Shown here: positions 1-10,978 of the stretch, piece after piece | Layout of the letters: every line of letters begins with the position of its first letter | Numbering within the stretch: position 1 is the first letter of the stretch | Origin: Amoebophrya sp. A120 | Taxonomy: Eukaryota; Protista; Dinoflagellata | Direction of reading: 5' to 3' | Length of the DNA stretch: 64,000 nucleotides | Assembly (NCBI GenBank): GCA_905178155.1 | Contig: CAJINV010000010.1 | Location: 1,308,451 to 1,372,450 of the forward strand | Notes under the pieces: generated by a model | Databases searched by the model: none | Told to the model about the DNA's origin: nothing | Seen by the model: only the letters and a program-made list of their open reading frames with translations | Position numbers and translations under genes: made by a program

Positions 1-1794
1 GAAAACGGATCCGAAAACTGGCAACCCGCCGAGCATCGTAACGACTGATTTGCTTACGGTGGAAGACTACATTTGGCGGTGGGACGCGGATTGGTTTTGG
101 TGCACACAAATTTTCCCGGGGCTGCAATTTCAATTCATTCGGTATAGAGGTTAGTAGTCTTGTCTTGATGTTGTATGGCTCTTTTGCGCCTTTTCGGCTG
201 GCAAACTAACTCTCGACTCAGACTAAACGCTGCATCATGACAAGTTTTGTGCAGAAAAAATCGTAAAAATCGTCCAAAATTATCAGGTACCTCTGCGGCC
301 CGCGCCTCCTTCGATCTGATATGTACAAAGTTTTCAACGACAAGTTCACCCGTCTCCTCGCGAAAATCTTCCCGAAAGCGCAGGATATCCCACGAAAAAA
401 CTGCTTCACTGTGATGATTTTGCAAGATCTGCATTACAAGTTTTTTACACATGACACTGCAAATTTGACATGCGCGCTTCCCAAGGGAAAACGCGCCTGA
501 ATATCCCATGCCTTGGAGGTGTAGCAAGACAAATAGTTCTGTGCTCCATTTTCTGCATCACAAGTGCACAGCGCAGCAGTTTTTTCTTGCGATGCAGGAG
601 AACCAGGAGCTGGTGATCCAAGACATTGAGGTTCCGGTGGAAAATTCTGCTCACTGGTATCCACAGTAAATTCGCCGTACACGTACACATGCGGTCTCTG
701 CATGACAAAACTTGATTTCGATCCTAGTCTAGCATGACAAGTTTTACGCTCCAAATTGGTGAAATTTGTGATGCATGTTGTAAATGTACCGGAAATTTGT
801 ATTGCATAACTGGCTCCGTGAGCACTGCCGGATCGTCCGGTCGGATTTGTTCGGAAAAATCAAACTGATATGGATTGCAAAAATGTCTGGGTCTGGAAGG
901 ATGTAACTTGTGATGCTGCATTTGCATGCTACGAAAATCTGTATTGCATGAACAGCAAAAGAGGTCCAGTTTTTGCCATGGCGAGAGGGCATTTCTCATG
1001 CGGTATAGGCATCAGGAAGCCCTCGCAAAATCGGTGATGCTAGGGCATGCATCACAGACGTCAGTAATCATGCAAAACGTGCATGACAAACCTTGCATCC
1101 TGCCAGACCCAGGCATTTTTGCATTTGATAACTGAACTCGGATTACAACGTTGCGGAAACCACGACTACGGATTTGCCATGCAAACTGGAAATAATCGGA
1201 GGCACTACAGCAACTTCTTCTACACCGAATGTTATTGAATCAGGGCAGACACTGCTGGCTGCGGATGTTGAAGATGATGAAAACAAGCCGGCAACAAGTG
1301 GTGCCAACATGATGCGCGAGAGGAAAATTATGAAGGAGTCGACTTCTACTACGACTTGTTCTACGACTCCTCTCAAAAACCCGCCACGCCCGCTGTTCCC
1401 CTTCCACCAGCAGCAGCAAATCAAGAGAACAACCCGGCCCGACACGGTGCCGATCTGGCTATGTCCGGTGCGAGGGACCAGTGCGCCCTTGATGCCGATG
1501 GATGAGAATAAGCTGTACATCAACTTTGGGTTCTGGGACGCGCTGGAAGATACGACCACGAGACCCAAGGAGAGATGTACGACCCTGGGCGGGAACCAAG
1601 CGGGGAACGTGAACAGAGGGCTGGAGGCGATCTGCGACGAAAACGCGGCGATCAAAACGCTGTATTCCACGTGCTACTACACGGAAGAAGAGTTTTACCA
1701 GAAGTACAACGGGGAGCATTACAAGAAGATCAAGGAAAAATACGACGGGAATGGGCGGCTGCGGAGCTGGTTTGCGAGGGTGCGGGGGAGTTGA
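1..1794 (+). CDS. FAD-linked oxidoreductase, Delta24-sterol reductase / actinobacterial Rv3719(TmsA/BfaA)-like; 5' end lies outside the window
   Basis: Joined exons give EDYIWRWDADWFWCT...ELVIQDIEVP...PIWLCPVR...LYINFGFWD...KTLYSTCYYTEEEF...YKKIKEKYD. Removed segments: 142-286 (GT-AG), 386-599, 658-813, 869-1135 (element plus one TSD copy). Stop at 1792-1794. Confidence 0.75.
386..594. mobile_element. Introner family E (209 bp)
   Basis: TSD CAGGA; TIR TATCCCACGAAAAAACTGCT...AGCAGTTTTTTCTTGCGATG; sister copy at 53293 in opposite orientation. Confidence 0.85.
658..808. mobile_element. Introner, singleton (151 bp)
   Basis: TSD ACTGG; TAT...ATA ends; removal restores HW-LREH. Confidence 0.8.
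869..1130. mobile_element. Introner family A (262 bp)
   Basis: TSD ACTGA; TATGGATTGCAAAAATGTCTGGG...CCCAGGCATTTTTGCATTTGATA. Confidence 0.9.
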
Positions 1795-2029
1795 AGGAGG
1801 AGTTTGTGTCAGATTTGACAGTCCTCGCGCGAAAGTGGTTTTGATTTTGATGAAGACAGCACTTGAATTAGAGCCTTTGGCTGAGTCCTCGTCGGTCCTC
1901 GCAGGTTGTGCACTTCGAGGGAGGCCGAAAATGACTATGGCTCACAAAAACTTCTATACTTTTCTCGTCAATTTTCGAAGAGAAGGAATGAAACGAAGAG
2001 CACGATGAATACAATAGAAGACTTCGCCT

Positions 2030-3300
2030 GCGAGCAGTGCGACTTTTGTCGCAGCCCGCGGCCCGCCCGGAAGAGCATTTGTTTCCAGTGTTCAGGAAGT
2101 TTTTAAGAGCAACAGCGTGCCCCGTCGTGGTCCAGATTGGGTTTTTTTCTCTTCGCTTACATCTCGCGCAAGAGAACAGCGCCCCGCTTTTCCGCCGCAG
2201 AGCTACCGGCGCCGCCTGCGAGCGGGGGTTGGTGGGTTGTCTCTCGCCACACGTCCGGGAAATTTTGGCCAGAAGAGCTTTGCTCTCCGCGTTCCGTGGG
2301 CGCATGCCGGCTTGCGCGCAAGCTAACGCGCCGGCCAGGCCGACGCGCAAAGCGGCGGCGCGCAGGCAGTTGGCGCGCCTCTCATGAATGCAGCGCAGTA
2401 TTGCCGGCGGAGCTTCGGCGCCAGCGCGGAACTCCTGCGGAGGGGAACGGAGGGCCGAGACCTCTACACCAAACGCCGAGAGAGAGGCATCCGCGCAGCC
2501 CCCCGCAGTGTCTCCGACTTTCCTGCTTGCCGGCCCGCGCCGCCTGAGTGTGCGCCGAGCGTTTCTGTCTGTCCGTCGTCAATGTATGCCGGGGGGCTGC
2601 CGCCCGGAGCCGCGGGCGCGCCTGGCCGCCAGATCCAGCCAGTGTTCCTTTGCCCGCGTATCGCCGGCATTCCCGCCGAAATCCAGGACACTTCGCCCGA
2701 GGCGGTTCCGAACAACGCCGGCCATGGGGCCCACTTGCTCGCGGACCGCCGTGCGAGCCTCGCCCGCGGCCGGGACGTGCGCAGTTGCGCGGTAGGATTT
2801 TGCAGCGTTTTGCTGGGCCAGCTCGGGCCTTGCCTCGGGCTCCCCCGCCCGCCCCCACATCATGGGCCCTGTCTGTGGCCTGCCCGGGGGCGGGGGCCGG
2901 TCTCTCTCCGCTGGCCTTGCTGGCCCGCCCGCGCGCTAGCTTCATAGTTCTGCACTCGCAGGGTTGGCGATTTATTGGCTGCGCCGCGCCCCGCGGCGTG
3001 TCCGCCGGCCCGCCCCCCGCCCTCGCGCCCCCCGGTCGCACATGCATGATTCCGCTCGCCCGGGTGGCGCCCGCGGGGACTGGGGGTTGGGGCATGGCTC
3101 TTCCGCACATTGGTTAAAGGGCGCCCCCGCCGCCCGTATCCATGGCTCGCTCCCTCGGGCCGGGTGGGATCGGGGCTGCGTGCGCCGCCCAAGGTCCCCG
3201 ATCGAGCTGTATTCGTGAGGCCCGACAGGTGGGGGCAATGGCGTCAGCCATGGGCGGTGAGATGGATGGAAGAGCTCCGGCTGGTCAGTGTCTTTGGTCC
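2030..3300. other. GC-rich non-coding intergenic island
   Basis: Sharp rise in GC content; only overlapping Arg/Ala/Pro/Gly ORFs on both strands; boundaries approximate. Confidence 0.55.
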
Positions 3301-3897
3301 GTTTTGCATGTTTCGTGTTCGCCGATTATTTGATTTTCGATCGTTCACTCACATCATAAGAACTTGGACTAGTGCTCTACCTTTTGTTATTTTGCAAGTT
3401 CATTATTTTCCTCGTGACCAGACAAAGTGTGTCAGCTGGCTCTTCGTGCAGAAGAAAAGGATCCTCCACCTATTTTCGTGCACTTCAATGAAGCGCATGA
3501 AACATGATTATTGAGATATCACCAGTGGAGGCACCAGTTTGGTGCTTGAACTTTACACCGCGTTGTGTTATTCTTGTTGTGGAGGAATATGAATAATGAC
3601 GCATTAAATTACCCCTACGTACGCATCTTCTTTCATACGAGTCGACTCACTATATTATGAGTAAAGAACTGTCCATGTCGGCGTGTTGACTTTTTTGGTA
3701 CTCTGACATCCGGCCAATTCAGATCTAGGCATTACTACACTAGTGTTGCACAGACTTCCACTTTGCGCTTGAGCAGTCATCTCGTTTGTGTTTCACATTT
3801 CATACAATTGCGATCACTACCTACGACGATTTTTCGTTTTTTCCAATTGCGTTCGCCCAAGCCCTTCCTCCTCCAACACTCATTCCCCCAGCGAGCC

Positions 3898-6800
3898 ATG
3901 GCCTCGACGCAGCAGGCCCGGCGTCTTGTCGCGGGCGACGGCCCGCAGATTGCTTCTTCCAAGCTTTTCCCAAACCCAAAGGAGTTCCAATGCGACCAGA
4001 ACGCGGACTACTTGAAGAAGAGGTTGCAGGTGTGGGAAAAGGTGAAGGCCAAACACGAAAAGGCTGTTGCCGCTATTCCGAAAAAGCAAATCACCATCAC
4101 CCTGCCGGACGGGAAGCAGGTGCAGGGAACGAGCTTCGAAACCACTCCTTTAATGATTGCAGAGGGGATTTCCAAGAAACTAGCCGGGGACATTGTGGTG
4201 GCGAAGGTAGTAGAATTGGATAGTTCGTGCAGCTCTTGTATGGTCTGTGCATGACAATGACCAAGCACAACTCTGTTGCGTACTATTGCGCATGAGAAGG
4301 ATGGTTCGTAGTTGTCAACAAACCTATATTATAAGGTCTACTACACCGAGCCCATCGCCTCTTTAACGCAATGCGTCGCCGCGGATGAAGAGCCGGACTC
4401 CGATGCTGACGGATCTGATGACGAAGACGCGAAGGAGGACAAATTTGTTCTGTGGGACATCAGCCGGCCACTGGAGGGGAATTGTACGCCGGTGGTTCTT
4501 TTTGTGTAGTGGATGACTTCTGCAGCTCTTTGCCATTGGTAGCTTGAGGCGCGACCGCCCGTTGCTGTTCATCATGCTTCTGGAGCATGACAATTTGAAT
4601 TTCAACAATTTGCAGGTGCGGAATGTTCTTTGCCAGCATCACTAAATTTTGTTCTATAGGTACTCTCCACCTTTTGAAATTTGAGGACAAGCTTGCCTCC
4701 AACGTGTTTTGGCATAGTTCCGCTCACGTCTTGGGAGAAGCCATTGAGGTCGAATTTGGGGCGCACTTGACCATCGGGCCACCCTTGGAGCGTGGGTTTT
4801 ACTACGACGGCTTTTTCGGCGAGAAGAAAATCTCCACGACGGAAGACTTGCCGAAATTAGAGAAGCGCTGCCAGGAAATCGTGAAGGAGAGCCAGCCGTT
4901 TGAGCGGGTCGCCTTAAGCAAGGAGGACGCTCTGGAAATGTTCGCGGACAACCCGTTCAAGGTGCAGTTGATCACGAACAAAGTCCCGGATGGATCCATG
5001 ACCAGCTGCTACCGCTGCGGGCCGCTAGTCGATTTGTGCCGCGGGCCGCACTTGCCGTCCACGGGTAGATGCAAGTCCTTCTGGATCCACAAAAACAGCG
5101 CGAGCTACTGGTACTGATAATCTTCTATTTTGCATGCGACTGACGCTGATTTTCTACTGTTCCTGGTAAAAATAGTGATTCCATGATACAATGCCTTGTG
5201 ATTGTGTACGTGTACGACCTGCACTTTCAACACTTGGCGTGAAAGATAAAACCAGAAGCACGATTCACCACTTCCACCTAGGTTGGGGAAAGACAAGAAC
5301 GACTCCCTCCAGCGCATTTACGGTGTTTCTTTCCCCTCCGACAAGGAGTTGAAGCAGCACAAACTGATGCTGGAAGAAGCCGCCAAGCGCGACCACCGAG
5401 AAATCGGGCGGAATATGAACTGCAAAAGTATCGTACTAGTATAATTTGCATCACAAATCTTGGCAAGAAGAAGAGTGGAATTTGTAATGCTGTGTTACCT
5501 TAGAAAGGAGATTTGTAATGCATATTTGCAATTAGTACAAGTGCGATAGGTTTACACAGGATACGGAAGCAGGAGCTCTGGTTTTTCTCCGACTATTCCG
5601 CCGGGTCCTGCTTCTGGATGCCGCACGGCGCCCGGATCTACAACAAGTTGGTGAGCTTCATGCAGCGGGAGTACGCCATTCGCGGGTTTCAGGAGGTGAT
5701 CACACCAAACTTGGTGCACGAGAGTCTCTTCAAGGCTTCGGGGCACTACTACAAGTACAAAGACGACATGTACAGTATGAACATCGAGGGGGAAAGGTGG
5801 TTTTTGAAACCGATGAACTGCCTATGAGAGTGCACAACCCTCCCTCCCCCTCATGTGTATGGCATGAACAGCAATACAAGCAACAGCAGAAAATGGGCTT
5901 TCGCATGACAAATCTGCATGCGGATTGTAGTACTATGTATAGTTTGTCATGCTAACAGCGCGTACGAGCAAGGTGCGAGTTTGGTACTTTGCATTACAAA
6001 TGAGGGGGAGGGGGAGATGTGCACTGTAATACTGCCCCGGCGACTGCGTCATCTTCGGGCATCGCGTGCGGAGCTATCGGGAACTACCCTTGCGGATGGT
6101 TTCCTTTGGCGTGCTGCACAGAAACGAAAACAGTGGGGCGTTGAGTGGTAGATCTAAAATGTGCTGGCTTGAGTATTTTCTCTCTGTCAACATGATAAAC
6201 AGAAAACATCATTTGGAATAGTTGCATAGCATGTCGTATAGAAGTCGCGTGATCATGTTTTGATGCTTCAGCCGAAACTAAATAGCGAGATCCCTGTATA
6301 TACGTTTTAGGTCTGACCCGCGTCCGTCGCTTTCAGCAGGATGACGGGCATATCTTCTGCCGGATGGACCAGGTGAAGAGCGAAATCAAGTACGCGCTCG
6401 CTTTCGTGCGGTTTGTGTACCAGACGATTGGCTTGGAATACACGATGGTGCTCTCTACCCGGCCGAAAAAAGCCATTGGCTCTGAGGAGGTGTGGACGTA
6501 TGCGGAGAAGGAGCTTGCCGAGGCTCTGAACGAGAACGGTGAGCCCTTGGGCTTGAACAAGGGCGACGGGGCGTTTTACGGACCGAAGATCGACTTCAAA
6601 GTAGAAAATGAGAAACCGTGAGTTACAAATTTTCTTACCGTGAATGTTGGTAGATGAAGTACAACACGATCTAATTTAGGCCAGTTTCAAGCTTCAAAGC
6701 CGACAATTCCATAGCAAAGCTACTCAAAAAACAAAAAGTTTAAAACCGCACCAAACAACTTCTTTTCGTCATCTTCAGGCAAAAGACGCCCTGGGTCGGC

Positions 6801-9726
6801 AGCACCAATGCGCGACGATGCAACTGGACTTCCTGTTTCCGATGCGATTCAACCTCCAGTTCCGCACACAGGCGGACGAGCAGAAGGAAGCTGGCGAGCA
6901 GGCGGCTTTGGGTAACAAGGAAGGAGACAAGACAACTGCAGTTCCTCCGAAAGGCAAAAACGCCGCTTCTGGTGCCGCTGTTGCCATAAATGGGAACGCG
7001 GCCGCGCTGGCCTCCGCGGACGGGGACTCGGCGGGAACCAAATCCGCTGTCGACAAGGAGAAGGAAAAAGAGGCGAAATTGGATATAACCCGCTCAGGTG
7101 TTACAATCTCAAACGTTGCAATAGAGTATTGAAATCTGTGATGCAAGATTGCATGATCTAGCCAAGTCTCATAGGCTTGCGCATGACAAGTTCCAGAGCC
7201 CCAAGCCCCACTATAATCTCGCGAGATTTGTATTGCAAAAGGTGGAAAGCTGTGCGAGTCTGTCATGCTCATCATGCAGCACAAATTCCACATTCTATTG
7301 TAACGTTTGAGATTGTAACGGTTGAGCAAGTCATATTGGAAGCGTACGGGTTGGAGGGCGTCTTGAAACCGGGGCACGAGCGACCCGTGGTGATTCACCG
7401 GGCGATATGGATTGCAAAAGTGCCTGGGTCTGGAAGATTGCAACTTGTCATGCTAAATCCGAATCATGCAGAAATCTGTGTTGCATGACCGCCAAAAGCT
7501 GCCCACTTTCGACCATCTTTGGAAGAAGTTTCTCATGCAGGATAGGCATGGCAGAGACCTCACAGACTCTGTCATGCTAGGTCCCGCATTCCAGACCTCA
7601 TGGGTCATGAAAAACCTGCATGACAAGTTTACACTTACTTTTCCAGACCCAGACACTTTTGCATTTGATAGGCGATTATGGGATCGGTGGAGAGGTTCAC
7701 AGGTAGGAAATAGCAAGGATTCGAATTCGTACTAGTCCTAGTCGTGCTGCTTTACGGCCTACATTTATTTTGCATCATAAGATGAAATAGAATGAAGATG
7801 AGCATAATCTTCCGACGAGTTGTACCGCAATTTATAGATGATGCATGTTCATCAGCGCGTTCTTTATTTCTATCGCACACAAACACAAACACAAACTCAT
7901 ATAACTCATAAGTACGTACCAAACATACAGGCATCCTGTGCGAGCACTACGGTGGTAAGTGGCCATTTTTCCTCAGCCCGCGGCAGATCTATCCTGAGTA
8001 AAAACGTACCCACCCCAGAGTTGTCATGCAGATTTGCCATGACAGGAACATTTGTGATGCGCAACCCCATGACAGGCATTTTCAATCGTGTTTGGGAACT
8101 TGTAATGCTGTAAACAGGATCAGGAGGTCGATTTGTGATGCGGCTTTCCTTGCTAACTTGCACTACCTTACGGACTGAGACTTGTCATGCGTGACTCCTA
8201 AAGCTCCTAGGTTTGTGTTGCAAAATCCTCATCCTGACTCTGGTGTGGGTGCGTTTTTACTCAGGATAAGATCATGATCGTCCCCACCCACGCCGGCCTG
8301 AACAAGTACTGCGAGTACGTTATGCATTGCAAAAGTATCGTACTTCCAGTAGGTGTAGGAACACTCGCATTACAAATTTCCCCAAGAACAAAAATGGAAC
8401 TTGTCATGCTAGATCAGCTACAAGATTCGATTTGTCATGCAGGACTGCAATTGCCAAGAATCCGATGTTTTTGCGATGTATATTCATCGCGGAGCAGTAC
8501 CGCAACTTTGGTCTTTTCGCCGACGTCGACACCAGCAGTAAGACCATGAACAAGAAGGTCCGGGAGGCCCAGCTGGCCCAGTACAACTACGTTGCGATCT
8601 GCGGGGAGAAGGAGCAGGAAAACTTGTCAGTTAATTTGCGGGACCGGGACACGGGGAAACCGGTCGGGGAGTTCGGCTTGAATGATTCGGTGGACATGTT
8701 TGTCGCGAAATCCAACCCGAACAGCAAACCAGCGAACCAGTTTGACGCGTTTGAGGGACGCGTGCCGAAGCCGGCTAGTGCGGGAAGTAGTAGTTCTACT
8801 TCATCATCTGGAACAGGAACATCAACTGGAACTGCGACGAACTTCTCTGTGCAGAAGACGGACAACGACAAGAAGACATCTGCTGCCACTGCGGAGACCG
8901 CTGGCGCAACATCCACGACGAGCAACAAGAAGGAAAATCAATCCAGTATCAGAGGCAAAAATCCCCCCTCCCCATATCGAACAGGTATGCTTCCGAAAAT
9001 TTGTGTTGCTGATTTGAGGTCACGAATCTCGTTTGTCTTGCAAGAAGACAAGGGCAGAAGCTTCCGCCTCATTATGGAATTGATTTGTCATGCTGTTGGG
9101 CCTAAAGGCAAAGGGGAGGCGTTTGCCATGCTGAACAACTAGAGGACCCATACGCCCCTACCTAGCCTGGGGATCTGGCCGCAGGAGTGCCTCTGTGCAA
9201 TACAAACCGGATTTGCGTACACAAATCCAGCATCAGAAATTCCGTTTTGATATGGGGAGGGGGGATTTTTCCTTTCGATATCCAGCAAGAAAAACTGGGA
9301 GGCGCACTTCGCGGAGTTCCCGTACGCTGAGGGGTTTGAACTGTCTGAGACCGATAAGATATGCATTGCAAACATGTCTGATGAATCTGGAAGGATGCAA
9401 GGGTTGTCATGCTTGTCTAGCATGACTGAAGAGTTTGTGCTGCGTGTCCAAGAAGAGACCCTTTTGTTTGTCATGCAAAACGCAGTTTGTCACGCGGAAA
9501 GCGCAACACTAAGAAGCGCAAATATTTCTCATGCTTCGCTGTGCAATACAAAGAGTTCACTATTCACAATTCAGCATTACAAGTTTCCTTTTCCAGACCC
9601 AGACATATTTGCATTTGATATAAGAAACTCTTCGACGACTGCAACAAATCCGGGATGCCGAGCTCCGAGAATTTTCAGCGGTGGTTCGAGCATGTGGGGA
9701 GCTTGGTGCGGGCGGGACGCTGCTGA
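3898..9726 (+). CDS. TARS: Threonyl-tRNA synthetase, eukaryotic cytosolic type, copy 1
   Basis: TGS domain (ITITLPDGK), editing domain ([17 protein letters not shown]), core motifs [48 protein letters not shown], and anticodon domain ([13 protein letters not shown]). GT-AG introns: 4207-4335, 4484-4659, 5111-5281, 6148-6310, 6601-6778, 7703-7930. Also 8 introners. TGA at 9724-9726. Confidence 0.95.
5414..5563. mobile_element. Introner family B (150 bp)
   Basis: TSD CGGAA; TATGAACTGCAAAAGTATCG...CAGGATA; absent from ThrRS copy 2. Confidence 0.9.
5823..6031. mobile_element. Introner family D (209 bp)
   Basis: TSD CTGCC inside the KPMNCP motif; TIR with AGTGCAC and CTCCCCCTC. Confidence 0.9.
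7084..7335. mobile_element. Introner related to family F (252 bp)
   Basis: TSD TTGGA; ~40-bp imperfect TIR containing GTTACAATCTCAAACGTT. Confidence 0.88.
7406..7670. mobile_element. Introner family A (265 bp)
   Basis: TSD GGCGA inside IHRAI; same TIRs as the element at 869. Confidence 0.9.
7990..8268. mobile_element. Introner family C (279 bp)
   Basis: TSD AGATC; TIR TATCCTGAGTAAAAACG...CGTTTTTACTCAGGATA. Confidence 0.9.
8321..8482. mobile_element. Introner family B (162 bp) with decayed right TSD
   Basis: Left TACGT, right TTCAT; TATGCATTGCAAAAGTATCG start; paralog reads EYVAEQ without interruption. Confidence 0.85.
8947..9280. mobile_element. Introner, singleton (334 bp)
   Basis: TSD TCCAG; TIR AAAAATCCCCCCTCCCCATATC / GATATGGGGAGGGGGGATTTTT. 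Confidence 0.88.
9360..9620. mobile_element. Introner family A, subfamily A2 (261 bp)
   Basis: TSD TAAGA; close sister of the element at 20743. Confidence 0.9.
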
Positions 9727-10978
9727 AACGGAAATGGCAATATGCTGTCTTCTTGGTACAACAACGTCAACAGCTTCGGGTCCTTTGCCTTTCAGATACG
9801 GCAAGGAAAATTTTTACAGCAACTGAAAAACTATGTTAAAAACGAGGGCGCCATGTGGTTGATAGATGAAATGACAGATACGGTTACGGAGAACAACCTT
9901 ACCTAATCATGCAACTTCTGAGGGAGGTGTTGTAGTTGTAGAGCCCCCTTAAAGAAACAGATAGAATGAAATGGTTTTTGACATTCGATGAAAATGAAAA
10001 TTTGTATTCGACCATCTCGTTCTTGAGAGGTTTCCGATGAATGTAAAAGGTAGACTTTCGGTCTTTTTGGTGAATGATATTGATTTTGCTTTGCGGGTTG
10101 CTGACGTGACAGACGCAGCGAAGATCCGAGAAGAATATACTTAGCTTAGTAGAAGTGGCGGATAACTGTAAATACGCAAAATTTCGAATAGAGCAACGAG
10201 CTCCGCATCACATGATAGAGTGGTTTTGTATAAAGTTGATGTCGGACGAAAGTAGTTAGGAAAAAAAAGAATTGAATAAATTTGGTTGACCACACGAGGA
10301 TTTTCCACGAAATGGTTTCGAACGATGATCATGATATCAATGGGAAGAATTAAGTCTCGAGCAAGACAGGCAATTGAAGAGAAACATTTATAGCTGTCCC
10401 GAGAAACAGAAACATGACGAAGCTGTCAGCAAAAATCAAATCAGCCGGTGGCATGCGCTGCTGGTGTTGTTGTTCAGCCACATGTGTATCACTACGAAGG
10501 ATCATCCCGAACAAACTTTTTTACAAGGAAAGATCATCATGTTGATCATCAGATCAGCTTGCATTGTTTCTACTTTTTGCCCGGACAATACATGTAGCGA
10601 ATTTAATCGCATCCAGTAGAAGATCTATTACCATCGCAAGATCGCAATCACTTTATCAAAGCAAGAAATTATTCCTACGTACATGAACATGGAACGCACG
10701 GTAAGAATTGTTCTTTGCGTTCTAAAATCTTCAGGCACTCCGGATTTGCGAAAAGTTAGATTTTTGACCTTTTATTTCGTACCCATAGTACGTTCGACGC
10801 ATTAGCATTACCCATACATTACACTTGCATCCACCCTAAACTTGTGCGTTTGATGTCCTAACAAGAAAATTTCTCAGAAACACCCCACGACATTCACATT
10901 CACCACCAAAGAACCTAAAAGATTCACATTTTCCACCGTCAAAGGCGTTTTTACGTCGCCACCGCACTACAACAAGCC

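Noticed and set aside
724-1135. Recurrent peptides such as [16 protein letters not shown] and MSGSGR suggesting a small protein family
   Set aside because: They are translations of family A introner TIRs.
2030-3300. Long Arg/Ala/Pro/Gly ORFs here and at 17.0-18.3, 23.5-25.2 and 43.6-44.8 kb
   Set aside because: They overlap in all six frames because GC-rich DNA has few stop codons; no domains are recognisable.
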